This document shows positions 45,984-54,042 of a stretch of DNA of 59,798 nt, piece by piece. Source of the stretch: Candidatus Limnocylindria bacterium (GTDB taxonomy: Bacteria; Chloroflexota; Limnocylindria; P2-11E); NCBI GenBank assembly GCA_038324015.1, contig JBBQHN010000001.1, positions 1 to 59,798 of the forward strand, written 5' to 3'. Positions within the stretch are counted from its first letter, which is position 1, and every line of letters begins with the position of its first letter. Made by a program: the position numbers and the translations under genes. The notes under the pieces are model-generated. The model was given only the letters and a program-made list of their open reading frames with translations. It did no database searches and was not told where the DNA came from.

Positions 45984-46418
45984 GTGCGGGACACCCAGCG
46001 GGATGCAGGCCAGACGGCGGGACAGGTGCCGTCCGATCCCCTCGCGAGCGCCGTCGCGCGTTCGGTGAGCGAGCTGCGGCACTCGGCCGGGCTCTCGGAG
46101 CGCGCCGCCGCGCGCAAGCTTGGGACGTCACAGACCCAGCTGCGCCGCATGGAGGATCCCCGCTACCTGCCGTCACTCCGCTCCCTCGCGCGTCTCGCGA
46201 CGGTCTACGGCTACGAGCTCCGGGTGGATTTCCTCCAGAAGGGCGCCGCCGCCGCGAAGACGGCGGCGAAAGCGACGTCAGCCGCCAAGAAAGCCACGTC
46301 CAAGACGCGCGCTAGCGCGTCCGGGTCACCTTCGAAAGCCCGCGCGGGCGCTCCACGTCGCGCCCGCGCCGCCGCGCGAGCGACAGCGCGACGAGCTGCG
46401 CCACGACGGCGAAGCTGA
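45984..46418 (+). CDS. XRE-family HTH protein with Ala/Lys-rich basic tail
   Basis: ...ELRHSAGLSERAAARKLGTSQTQLRRMEDP... HTH, then AAAAKTAAKATSAAKKATSKT... The last 107 nt overlap the convergent SIS gene. Confidence 0.6.
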   Translation: MRDTQRDAGQTAGQVPSDPLASAVARSVSELRHSAGLSERAAARKLGTSQTQLRRMEDPRYLPSLRSLARLATVYGYELRVDFLQKGAAAAKTAAKATSAAKKATSKTRASASGSPSKARAGAPRRARAAARATARRAAPRRRS

Positions 46419-47343
46419 TCGGGGTCAGCGCCTCGGACAGCGGCGAGCGCAGCAGCACGGCATCGTCGGCCAGCTCCGCGGCCCCCGCATCGTTCGTCAC
46501 CGCGTAGACCTTCGCACCCCTGCCGCTCAGCGTCCGGGCCATCGCGCGTGCCTCGTGCTGCGCGGCGCCACGCACGGCGAACAGGATGACCGGGATCCCG
46601 GGCTCGAGCAGCGCGATCGGACCGTGCGCGAAGTCCGCGCTCGAGTACGGCTCGGCCCACACACCGGCGAGCTCCTTCAGCTTCAACGCCGCTTCGAGCG
46701 CGGTCGCGTACTCGTAGCCCCGGCCGAGCACGACGATCGTGCGGGCGCGTCCGATCTTGCGCGCGATGCGGTCGGCATCGCGCTCCAGCGCTTCGGCCTC
46801 GGTCACGCTGTCAACGAGTCCCGCGAGCGACAGCGCGCTGCGGCCGCGCGACTCCGCGGCATTCGCCGCGAGGAGCGCGAGCGCGACGCATGTCGCTGTG
46901 TACGTCTTCGTTGCGGCGATCGAACGCTCGACGCCCGCGCGCAGGAGGAACGTGTCCTGCGCGGTGCGCGCGAGGAGGCTTCGCGGGCTGTTGGTGATGG
47001 CGATCGTGGGCGCGCGCACCGCCCGCGCCTCTGCAAGGACCGCAGCCACGTCGGGGGCCGCGCCAGACTGCGAGATCCCGATCACGGCGCCCCGGGCGAA
47101 GCTCGGCGGCGTGCGGTAGCGGGTCACGAGCGACGGCGCGGCGAGCGCCGTGACGATGCCGGCAAGGCTCTCGAACAGGTACTTCCCGTACGTGGCCGCG
47201 TTGTCGGAGGAGCCGCGGGCGGCGATCGTCAGGTGCTCCGCCGCGGCGAGCGCCCGGGAGAGCGTCCGGGCCTCGGGCCAGCCGGCCTCGAGGAGCCGCC
47301 GGATGACGGCAGGCTGCTCGGCGATCTCGGAGCGGAGGGACAT
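46312..47343 (-). CDS. double-SIS protein, GlmS isomerase-domain-like without glutaminase domain (possible GlcN-6-P deaminase/isomerase)
   Basis: MSLRSEIAEQPAVIRRLL...GISQSGAAPD...IAITN...; second SIS ...VVLGRG...; the C-terminus ...RGRDVERPRGLSKVTRTR parallels the GlmS end (DxPRNLAKSVTVE). Confidence 0.75.
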   Translation of the reverse strand: MSLRSEIAEQPAVIRRLLEAGWPEARTLSRALAAAEHLTIAARGSSDNAATYGKYLFESLAGIVTALAAPSLVTRYRTPPSFARGAVIGISQSGAAPDVAAVLAEARAVRAPTIAITNSPRSLLARTAQDTFLLRAGVERSIAATKTYTATCVALALLAANAAESRGRSALSLAGLVDSVTEAEALERDADRIARKIGRARTIVVLGRGYEYATALEAALKLKELAGVWAEPYSSADFAHGPIALLEPGIPVILFAVRGAAQHEARAMARTLSGRGAKVYAVTNDAGAAELADDAVLLRSPLSEALTPISFAVVAQLVALSLARRRGRDVERPRGLSKVTRTR

Positions 47344-47368
47344 GCCGCTGAGGCTAGCGGGGCGGCGG

Positions 47369-47386
47369 GTAGGACCTCTGTCCTAC
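47369..47386. promoter_or_regulatory. perfect palindrome GTAGGAC-CTCT-GTCCTAC in a divergent intergenic region
   Basis: Read directly: 7-bp arms and a 4-nt spacer, between the SIS gene start (47343) and the NERD gene start (47463). Confidence 0.4.
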
Positions 47387-47389
47387 TTG

Positions 47390-47414
47390 TGGTCGTTGCC
47401 GGAACGGACGACCA
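47390..47414. promoter_or_regulatory. inverted repeat TGGTCGT-N11-ACGACCA
   Basis: Read directly, in the same intergenic region, 4 nt after the first palindrome. Confidence 0.35.
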
Positions 47415-47462
47415 TCGGCCCGCACTCGCCGGGCGGCGAAATGCAGGAGGGCTCCCAGGGGA

Positions 47463-48161
47463 GTGGCGATCCTTGCTTCCAGGGCGACACGACCCGTGCG
47501 CTGGCGACGCGAGCTGCGCGCCGCGTGCTTCTGGCTGGCGCTCTCGCTCGGCACCGCTGCCGTGGCGAACGAGCTGGCCGGACCGTTCGCCGCTGTCCTC
47601 ATGATCCCGCCGCTGGTCCTCGCCATCCGCGAATCTGCGCGAGCGTTCGGGGCGCGGATCGGCGGGCAGCTCGCTGAGCGGGTCGCGGACGGACTGATGC
47701 ACGAGCTCGGGCCCGAGTACGTCGTACTGACCGAGTACACCTCGCACGACGGGTCCGATGTCGTTCCGCTCGTCGTCGTCGGACCGTCCGGCATCTTCGT
47801 GATCGAGCCGCTCGGCGAGGAATCGCGCTTCGGTTGCTACCGCGACGGCTGGCATCGCATCGAGCCGCAGGGGATCCACCACCTCACGGTCTCGCCATCG
47901 CGCCGCGCACGTGATCACGCTGCGCGCGTGCGCAGCGATATCTCAGGCGGCGGGCACATCCGGACGACCGTCGCTGCGTACGTGCTGCTCGAGCGCGGGA
48001 CGGGCGACGACTGCGCGAGCTCGACCGTACCGGTCGTGTGCGGCACCGGCGCGCTGGCACACGAGATCAAGGATCGCTCGCCACGCTGGGTCGCTTCGGC
48101 GAATCAGGTCAACGCGGTCGCCGACGCGCTCATGCACCCGCTGGCGGTCGCTACGGCGTGA
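47463..48161 (+). CDS. membrane-anchored NERD-domain protein (catalytic motif apparently degenerate)
   Basis: Two N-terminal TM helices, then GGQLAERVADGLMHELGPEYVVL...VVPLVVVGPSGIFVIEPLGE. This parallels the NERD core (G.xGE...L...IDHvvvgp.GvfviEtK), but DH and the ExK lysine are replaced. Confidence 0.6.
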   Translation: MAILASRATRPVRWRRELRAACFWLALSLGTAAVANELAGPFAAVLMIPPLVLAIRESARAFGARIGGQLAERVADGLMHELGPEYVVLTEYTSHDGSDVVPLVVVGPSGIFVIEPLGEESRFGCYRDGWHRIEPQGIHHLTVSPSRRARDHAARVRSDISGGGHIRTTVAAYVLLERGTGDDCASSTVPVVCGTGALAHEIKDRSPRWVASANQVNAVADALMHPLAVATA

Positions 48162-48972
48162 CCGGCCCTCGAAGCGCGGCGAAGAGGTCGGTCTCGAGCG
48201 GCGGACCGCCGGGATCCGGGAACGCGCGGATGAACGTCTCCTCGCTTCCGATGAAATCGATCTGATCGCGTAGGCCCGCGAAACGGTCGAGGTCCGGCTG
48301 CTGTGTCGCGTGCGCGAGCATCGCGTGCCATTTCCGATCGGCGACGGTACGGATGTCGATGGCCGCGCCAAGACTCGCTCGCTCCCAGCGCATCGGCTTG
48401 ACCGGCAGCGTGTCCATGTACGAAGCGAAGTCGGGGGTGAACTCGCGCAGACGGTCGAAGAGCTCGGCGGCCGCGACCATCCGGTAGCAGCGCCGCACGT
48501 GCACGTGCTCCCCCACCTCAGGCTCGTGGCGTGCGACGCCGGCGAGCTCGATCGCGCGGAGGGCCAGCTCGCCGGCCGCGATGTGATCCGGGTGCCCGTA
48601 GCCGCCGTCCGGCCCCCAGGTGATGACGACGTCGGGACGCGTTGATCGCAGCCAGCGCACGATGTCGCGGATCACGGCATCGGCCGGCGCGTCCGCGAGC
48701 CTGCCATCGGGATACGTGAATGCGGTCGTCGATGCGATACCCATGCGCCGGCCGGACTCCGCGAGCTCGGACGCGCGGATCTCGCCGAGGCGCTCCGGCA
48801 CGATCGGTGGGGCGCCGGCGACCCCGCTCTGGCCGGCCTCGCCACGGGTCAGGGAGAGGCTGTGACACAGGACGCCGGCGTCGGTGTATCTGATGAGAGT
48901 GCCGCCGACACCGAACGTCTCGTCATCCGGATGCGCGAGGATCGTCGCGAGGACGAGCGGGCGTTCAGACAA
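48151..48972 (-). CDS. PIG-L/LmbE family deacetylase (second paralog)
   Basis: (M)SERPLVLATILAHPDDETF...TRGEAG...GHPDHIA... TTG 48972 is the first in-frame start before the HPDDE motif. The rest of track ORF 48151..49584 is shadow of the response regulator. Confidence 0.75.
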   Translation of the reverse strand: MSERPLVLATILAHPDDETFGVGGTLIRYTDAGVLCHSLSLTRGEAGQSGVAGAPPIVPERLGEIRASELAESGRRMGIASTTAFTYPDGRLADAPADAVIRDIVRWLRSTRPDVVITWGPDGGYGHPDHIAAGELALRAIELAGVARHEPEVGEHVHVRRCYRMVAAAELFDRLREFTPDFASYMDTLPVKPMRWERASLGAAIDIRTVADRKWHAMLAHATQQPDLDRFAGLRDQIDFIGSEETFIRAFPDPGGPPLETDLFAALRGPVTP

Positions 48973-48996
48973 CGCGCGGACACTAGCATTCGACGG

Positions 48997-49683
48997 ATGA
49001 GCGGGACGCGCGTCGTTGTCGTCGAGGATGATGGCTCGGTCGCCGAGCTCGTCAGCCTGTACCTGAAGAATGCCGGCTTCGTCGTGGAGCTGTGCCCCAC
49101 CGCTGCTGCGGCGCGCGTCGCGTTCGCGCAGGGTGCACCGGCGTGTGTGATCCTCGATCTCGGCCTCCCCGACACCGACGGTCTCGCCCTCTTCGCGGAG
49201 CTGCGGCGCCTCCACGACTCGCCGGTCATCGCGCTGACCGCGCGTGCCGAGGACGTCCAGAAGATCGCGGGCCTCGACGCGGGGCTCGACGACTACCTCA
49301 CCAAGCCGTTCAACCCGCGCGAGCTCGTTGCCCGCGTCCATGCGGTCATCCGGCGCGCGACGGGCAGTAGCGGCACACGGCCGCTCGAGATCGGCAACCT
49401 CACGCTCGATCCCGCGCGCCACGAGGTCGTGGTCGCCGGGCAGCCGGTCTCGCTCCGGGCCAAGGAGTTCGAGCTGCTTCAGGCGTTCTGTCGCCAGCCC
49501 GGCATCGTGCTGACGCGCGACAAGCTCCTCGAGAACGTGTGGGGCTTCGCCTACCCCGGCGAGACTCGCACCGTCGATGTCCACGTGAAGCAGCTCCGCG
49601 ACAAGCTCAGCGGGATGAACGCGAAGATCGAGACCGTCTGGGGTGTGGGGTACAAGCTGGTGGGGCCGGCGGAGGGAGCGTGA
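48997..49683 (+). CDS. OmpR/PhoB-family response regulator
   Basis: MSGTRVVVVEDD...ILDLGLPDTDG...LTKPF... receiver plus ...LRAKEFELL...TVDVHVKQLR.K...VWGVGYKL winged helix. Confidence 0.9.
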   Translation: MSGTRVVVVEDDGSVAELVSLYLKNAGFVVELCPTAAAARVAFAQGAPACVILDLGLPDTDGLALFAELRRLHDSPVIALTARAEDVQKIAGLDAGLDDYLTKPFNPRELVARVHAVIRRATGSSGTRPLEIGNLTLDPARHEVVVAGQPVSLRAKEFELLQAFCRQPGIVLTRDKLLENVWGFAYPGETRTVDVHVKQLRDKLSGMNAKIETVWGVGYKLVGPAEGA

Positions 49684-51089
49684 GACCGTTCCGCAGCGTC
49701 GGCGGCCGCCTGTTCCTCTCCTATCTCGCGGTCGTCTCGGTCGGCCTGATCGTGGCCGGACTCGCGATCGGCGGCCTCCTCTTCAAGTACGAGAACGACG
49801 TGACCCACATCCGCCTTCAGGAGATGGCGGCACCGCTGCAGACCGCGATCCAGACGGCGGTGCGGAACGGGCAAGCACCGCGCGAAGCGCTCCAGTCGAT
49901 CGAGGATCAGGTCCTGGCCGCGAACGCGCGTCTCCTCATCGTGAGCCCGGGCAGCAATCCGCAGACGAACAACGCGCAACGACGGGTGCTCATTGACACC
50001 GAGGGCACGCTCCTGAACACCCGGCTCACGCTGCCCGATGCGACGGGGATCGGGCAGTTCACCGACACGAACGGAGTCGTCTGGGTCTTCGCGCAGCAGC
50101 AGCTGCGGACACCATCGCTGGGTGCCGGCGGTCTCGGCTTCATCGTCGTAGCCCGGCCACGCGCCGTATACGCGGACGTCATCCGTGTCCTGCTGCCGTC
50201 GCTCCTGATCGCCGGCGCGATCTCCGCCGGGTTCGCGCTGGTCGTCGCCGGTCTCCTGTCGCAAACCATCACGCGCCCGCTGCGGCGGCTGGTTGGCGGC
50301 GTGCGCACATTCGCGACCGACCACCGCGCGCGCGTCGCGGTCGCCGGGCCGTTCGAGGTGCGCGAGCTTGGTGCGGCGTTCAACGAGATGGCCGTGGAGA
50401 TCGAACGGGCACGCGCGAGCGAGCAAGCTTTCCTCGCCGACATCTCGCACGAGCTGCGGACGCCGCTGACCTCGATCCACGGGTTCGCGCAGGCGATCGT
50501 CGACGGCGAAGCGCGCGGCGAGGGCATCCCGCGCGCCGCGGAGATCATCCAGCGCGAGTCGCGGCGCCTCGTGCGGATGGTCGAGGGACTTCTGCAGGTC
50601 GCGAAGCTCGAGGCAGGCGTGCAGCTCCTCGCGCGCGAGTCCGTCGGCGCATCCGAGCTGCTCCGTGGCGCCGTCGCCGCGCTGGACGTCCAGGCGAAAG
50701 AGGCGGGCGTCGCGTTCGACGTCCACGCTGACGCGCTGCCGGTCATCGGCGATCCCGACCGTCTTTCACAGCTCTTCATCAATGTCCTGGACAACGCGGT
50801 GAAGCACTCGCCGCGCGGCGCGACGGTCAGCGTCGATGGCGAGCAGCGGCAGGGCGAGGTCGTCGTACGGGTCCGCGACCAGGGGACCGGCCTGCTGCCG
50901 GGCACCGAGCGGCGGCTGTTCTCGCGCTTCTGGCGAGGCGACAACGCGCAGGCCCGTAGCGGCGCGGGTCTCGGGCTCGCGATCGCGCAGGCGATCGCGC
51001 AGGCCCATGGTGGCTCGATCCACGCGCGCAACGCGCCGGGCGGGGGCGCCGAGTTCGCGATCCATCTTCCCGCTGCCGCGACTTCGTAG
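49680..51089 (+). CDS. sensor histidine kinase (two TM helices, HAMP, HisKA, HATPase_c)
   Basis: GTG 49680 (GTGA overlap). ...FLADISHELRTPLTSI (H-box), ...NVLDNAVKHSP (N-box), ...GAGLGLAIAQAIAQAHGG (G-box). Confidence 0.9.
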   Translation: MRPFRSVGGRLFLSYLAVVSVGLIVAGLAIGGLLFKYENDVTHIRLQEMAAPLQTAIQTAVRNGQAPREALQSIEDQVLAANARLLIVSPGSNPQTNNAQRRVLIDTEGTLLNTRLTLPDATGIGQFTDTNGVVWVFAQQQLRTPSLGAGGLGFIVVARPRAVYADVIRVLLPSLLIAGAISAGFALVVAGLLSQTITRPLRRLVGGVRTFATDHRARVAVAGPFEVRELGAAFNEMAVEIERARASEQAFLADISHELRTPLTSIHGFAQAIVDGEARGEGIPRAAEIIQRESRRLVRMVEGLLQVAKLEAGVQLLARESVGASELLRGAVAALDVQAKEAGVAFDVHADALPVIGDPDRLSQLFINVLDNAVKHSPRGATVSVDGEQRQGEVVVRVRDQGTGLLPGTERRLFSRFWRGDNAQARSGAGLGLAIAQAIAQAHGGSIHARNAPGGGAEFAIHLPAAATS

Positions 51090-51099
51090 ACTTCGCCGC

Positions 51100-51714
51100 A
51101 TGTTCGGTGGGGTGGTGCGCGGCACGAAGACGACGCTGCGCCCGCCAAACGACACGGACCTCGATGCGCACAAGCGCTGGGCCGCCGACATGCGCGTCCG
51201 TCGCGCCGGACCGATCGGACGGTGGCACGAGCCGGCCGCGACGGAGACCTGGAAAGAGCGCTGGGCCGAGCAGGCGAAGGACAAGACGTCGGTGCTGTGG
51301 TCCATCGATGCTGGCGGCGCAGGCACCGCCAATGCCGCGCTGGCAGGCTATGTCCGTCTCAGCTTCGAGGGTGCACCGCATTCGGACAAGGTGATCCTTC
51401 ACCAGTTCGTCATCGATCCCGATCAGCAACGCCGGGGCTACGGCTGGGACGCCGCGCTCGCGCTGCACCGCTGGATCTTCGACTTCATGAACCTGCGCAT
51501 GGCCGTCGTCGACGGCATCGCCGCGGACGACACCGGTCGACAGCGCATCCTCGAGAAGCTCGGCTACGAGCGCTTCGGCCACGGGCACGCCGTCTACTAC
51601 CGCGATGGTGCGTACGTCGACCAGTACCTCCACCAGATGGAGCTCGCGGCATGGCACGAGCGGTGGCCGAACGAGCGCGAGTATCCGCCGCTCGGCGACG
51701 AGAAGGCCCTCTAA
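51100..51714 (+). CDS. GNAT (RimJ/RimL-like) N-acetyltransferase
   Basis: ...TLRPPNDTDLDA...FVIDPDQQRRGYGWDAA...LGYERFG... Confidence 0.7.
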   Translation: MFGGVVRGTKTTLRPPNDTDLDAHKRWAADMRVRRAGPIGRWHEPAATETWKERWAEQAKDKTSVLWSIDAGGAGTANAALAGYVRLSFEGAPHSDKVILHQFVIDPDQQRRGYGWDAALALHRWIFDFMNLRMAVVDGIAADDTGRQRILEKLGYERFGHGHAVYYRDGAYVDQYLHQMELAAWHERWPNEREYPPLGDEKAL

Positions 51715-51717
51715 GAG

Positions 51718-52284
51718 GTGTTCGGACCCAGGCTCGTCGGCGCGAACGGCATCTCGCTGCGAACGCCAACGCTCGAGGATCACAAGAGGTTCGTGCGCTG
51801 GATGCTCGAGCCGGAGACGTCGCGCTTCTGGGGCGGCCGCATCGCCGACGTCCGGGATGAGGCGTTCGAGGAACGTCACAAGAAGGACGCCGACTCGACC
51901 ACGAGCTTCATGTGGTCGATCGCGTATGGCGACGAGACCGTCGGCTTCACCGGGATCTTCGGCATCGACTGGGTCGCCCGTGATGGCGAGAGCGGCATCT
52001 TCATCGGCCGCCACGACCTCTACGGCAAGGGCATCGCGAGCGAGGCGATCCGCCTGCGGACGGAGTTCGCGTGGCGGGAACTCGGCCTGCGGCGTCTCCA
52101 CAACTGGATCTCGTTACGCAACCGGGGAAGTCGGCGCGGGAACGAGAAGGCCGGTTACAGGCAGATGGGGCTGATGAAGCGCTACACGTTCCGCAGCGGC
52201 CAGTGGTACGACGATTGGCTCGGTGAGGTCTTTTCGCCCGACAGCCCCTCTGCTACTTTCTCCCCGCCCTCCAAAGGGGGGTAG
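51718..52284 (+). CDS. GNAT (RimJ/RimL-like) N-acetyltransferase, tandem paralog
   Basis: ...SLRTPTLEDHKRF...IFIGRHDLYGKGIASEA...NRGSRRGNEKAGYRQMG... Confidence 0.75.
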   Translation: MFGPRLVGANGISLRTPTLEDHKRFVRWMLEPETSRFWGGRIADVRDEAFEERHKKDADSTTSFMWSIAYGDETVGFTGIFGIDWVARDGESGIFIGRHDLYGKGIASEAIRLRTEFAWRELGLRRLHNWISLRNRGSRRGNEKAGYRQMGLMKRYTFRSGQWYDDWLGEVFSPDSPSATFSPPSKGG

Positions 52285-52382
52285 CGGCTGCAAGAGTCCC
52301 CAACGCGAGCGTCGAGTGAGGCAGTCCTCCCGAGACCGAGCGAGGCTCCGAGGGCCAGCACAGAAAGGGAGGAAGCTTCACT

Positions 52383-52727
52383 GTGAGCTTCTCTGACAAG
52401 ACCCTGACCTGCAAGGACTGCGGTCAGGAATTCATCTGGACCGGCGGGGAGCAGGAGTTCTACCAGTCCCGCGGTCTCGTGAACGAGCCGGGCCGCTGCC
52501 CGTCGTGCCGCGCGGCGCGTCGGTCGTCCGGTGGCGGCGCGGGTGGTGGCTTTGGGGCCGGTGGGGGCCGTGGCATGGGTGGCCCGCGCGAGTTCTTCGC
52601 CGCGACCTGCAGCAACTGCGGCGGTGAGGCACGCGTTCCGTTCCAGCCTCGCGGAGACAAGCCGGTCTACTGCAGCTCGTGCTTCGAGCAGGTCCGGCCA
52701 TCAGCTTCGCGCGGAGCCCGCTACTAG
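52383..52727 (+). CDS. double zinc-ribbon protein with Gly/Arg-rich linker
   Basis: GTG 52383, 9 nt after GGGAGGA. TCKDCGQEF...(17)...CPSCR, a GGGAGGGFGAGGGRGMGG linker, then CSNCGGEARVPFQPRGDKPVYCSSCF (CxxC-x17-CxxC type). Confidence 0.7.
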   Translation: MSFSDKTLTCKDCGQEFIWTGGEQEFYQSRGLVNEPGRCPSCRAARRSSGGGAGGGFGAGGGRGMGGPREFFAATCSNCGGEARVPFQPRGDKPVYCSSCFEQVRPSASRGARY

Positions 52728-52751
52728 CCCGCCGTTCGGCGTGTCCCATGA

Positions 52752-52780
52752 AGACCCCGGCCCACAGGCCGGGGTCTTTC
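52752..52780. terminator. bidirectional intrinsic-terminator-like hairpin
   Basis: AGACCCCGGCC-CACA-GGCCGGGGTCT is a perfect 11-bp GC-rich stem followed by TTC(ACTT). It lies between the convergent zinc-ribbon gene and cofE. Confidence 0.7.
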
Positions 52781-52782
52781 AC

Positions 52783-53538
52783 TTACCGGAACATGTCCTT
52801 GTCGTGTGGGCGCACGTACGTGTGCGCCGTCTCGCTCGGATCGGCAGGCAACGGCAGGCCTCTGACGATCGCAGCCGGCCGGCGGTCGAGCTTCCCCATC
52901 ACGAGCTCGGTCGCGGCCGCGATCTCGTCCGCAATGGCGATCTCGGTCACGCGCATCTCGTAGCCGTCGGGATCGAACTCGCCGATGTAGCGGCGCAGGG
53001 CGGGCAGGCCGCTGATGCCGATCGCGACGTTCACGTGACCTTCGCGCCAGGCCCGCCCGAACGTGTCGGTGATGACAACGGGCACGTCGACGCCCGCATC
53101 ATTCTTGATCCGCTCCCGGATGCGCCTCGCCGATCCATCGGGGTCCACCGGTAGGAGGATCAACGTATCCGGCGCGCCTGCGTTGGAGTGGTCCACACCT
53201 GCGTTCGCACACACGAATCCGTGCTTCGTCTCGACGATGAGCACCCCGCGCTGCCAGCGAACGATGCGAGCAGTCTCATCGAGCACCGCCTGCAGCGCGC
53301 GCGCGTCCTTGCCGGACTCCGCGGCCATGCGCTCGGCCTCCGCGCCGGCCACAACGTCCGCGAGCTTCCGGATCCGGCCCTCGGCCTTCGACACGATCTT
53401 CTGCGCGAGCGCGAGGACGTCGCCCGGCTGGAGGCGATCGCCGGACGCCTTCAGCGCCGCGAGCAGCATCCCCACGAGGTCGTCGCCGGGCTTGATCTCA
53501 GGAAGGCCATCGATGGGGATGAGGGTGACGTTTGGCAC
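52783..53538 (-). CDS. cofE: coenzyme F420-0:L-glutamate ligase (stand-alone CofE)
   Basis: (M)PNVTLIPIDGLPEIKPGDDL...ALAQKIVSKAEGR...GFVCANAGVDHSN...ITDTFGRAWREG... GTG 53538. The rest of track ORF 52783..54825 is shadow. Confidence 0.85.
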   Translation of the reverse strand: MPNVTLIPIDGLPEIKPGDDLVGMLLAALKASGDRLQPGDVLALAQKIVSKAEGRIRKLADVVAGAEAERMAAESGKDARALQAVLDETARIVRWQRGVLIVETKHGFVCANAGVDHSNAGAPDTLILLPVDPDGSARRIRERIKNDAGVDVPVVITDTFGRAWREGHVNVAIGISGLPALRRYIGEFDPDGYEMRVTEIAIADEIAAATELVMGKLDRRPAAIVRGLPLPADPSETAHTYVRPHDKDMFR

Positions 53539-53598
53539 AGCAAAAGTCTCGCTGATAGCGTGGCTTAATGCTCGACGGCCACCTCCGGTGACACGCGC

Positions 53599-54030
53599 GT
53601 GAGCGACCAGGACCTCCTGGCGACGGCGCGCGTCGGGCACCTGGCGACCACGAGCAGCGATGGCCGGCCGCATGTCGTCCCGGTGTGCTTCGCGTGGGTG
53701 CCGCCAGTGCTCTATTCGGCGATCGACGCGAAGCCCAAGCGCACGATGCTGTTGCGCCGGGTGCGCAACATCGTCGACACCGGGCGCGCGGCGTTCGTCG
53801 TGGACCGGTGGAGCGAAGACTGGCGGCAACTCGCGTACCTGCTGGTCGAGGGGCCCGCCGAGCTCCTCGCGGACGGCCAGGAGCGCGATGAGGCGCTCAT
53901 CCTGCTGACGGCCAAGTACCCGCAATACGACGACCTCCCGCTGTTCGATAACCTCGTCGTCAAGCTCACGGCGGAGCGAACGGTGGCGTGGAGCGCCGCT
54001 GAGCCTCCCGCCGGCGACAAGGCTCCCTAA
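53599..54030 (+). CDS. PPOX-class probable F420-dependent enzyme (Rv0121-like)
   Basis: ...ARVGHLATTSSDGRPHVVPVCFA...YSAIDAKPKR...LRRVRNI...VVDRWSEDW...KYPQY, as I recall for the family usually found next to cofE/fbiB. Confidence 0.75.
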   Translation: MSDQDLLATARVGHLATTSSDGRPHVVPVCFAWVPPVLYSAIDAKPKRTMLLRRVRNIVDTGRAAFVVDRWSEDWRQLAYLLVEGPAELLADGQERDEALILLTAKYPQYDDLPLFDNLVVKLTAERTVAWSAAEPPAGDKAP

Positions 54031-54042
54031 ACTCAGCGCCTC

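Noticed and set aside
52285-52382. Possible riboswitch in the leader of the zinc-ribbon gene
   Set aside because: I could not match it to any riboswitch consensus I know (no conserved TPP, SAM, glycine, ZTP or c-di-AMP cores). It is kept only as an unexplained leader in the findings.
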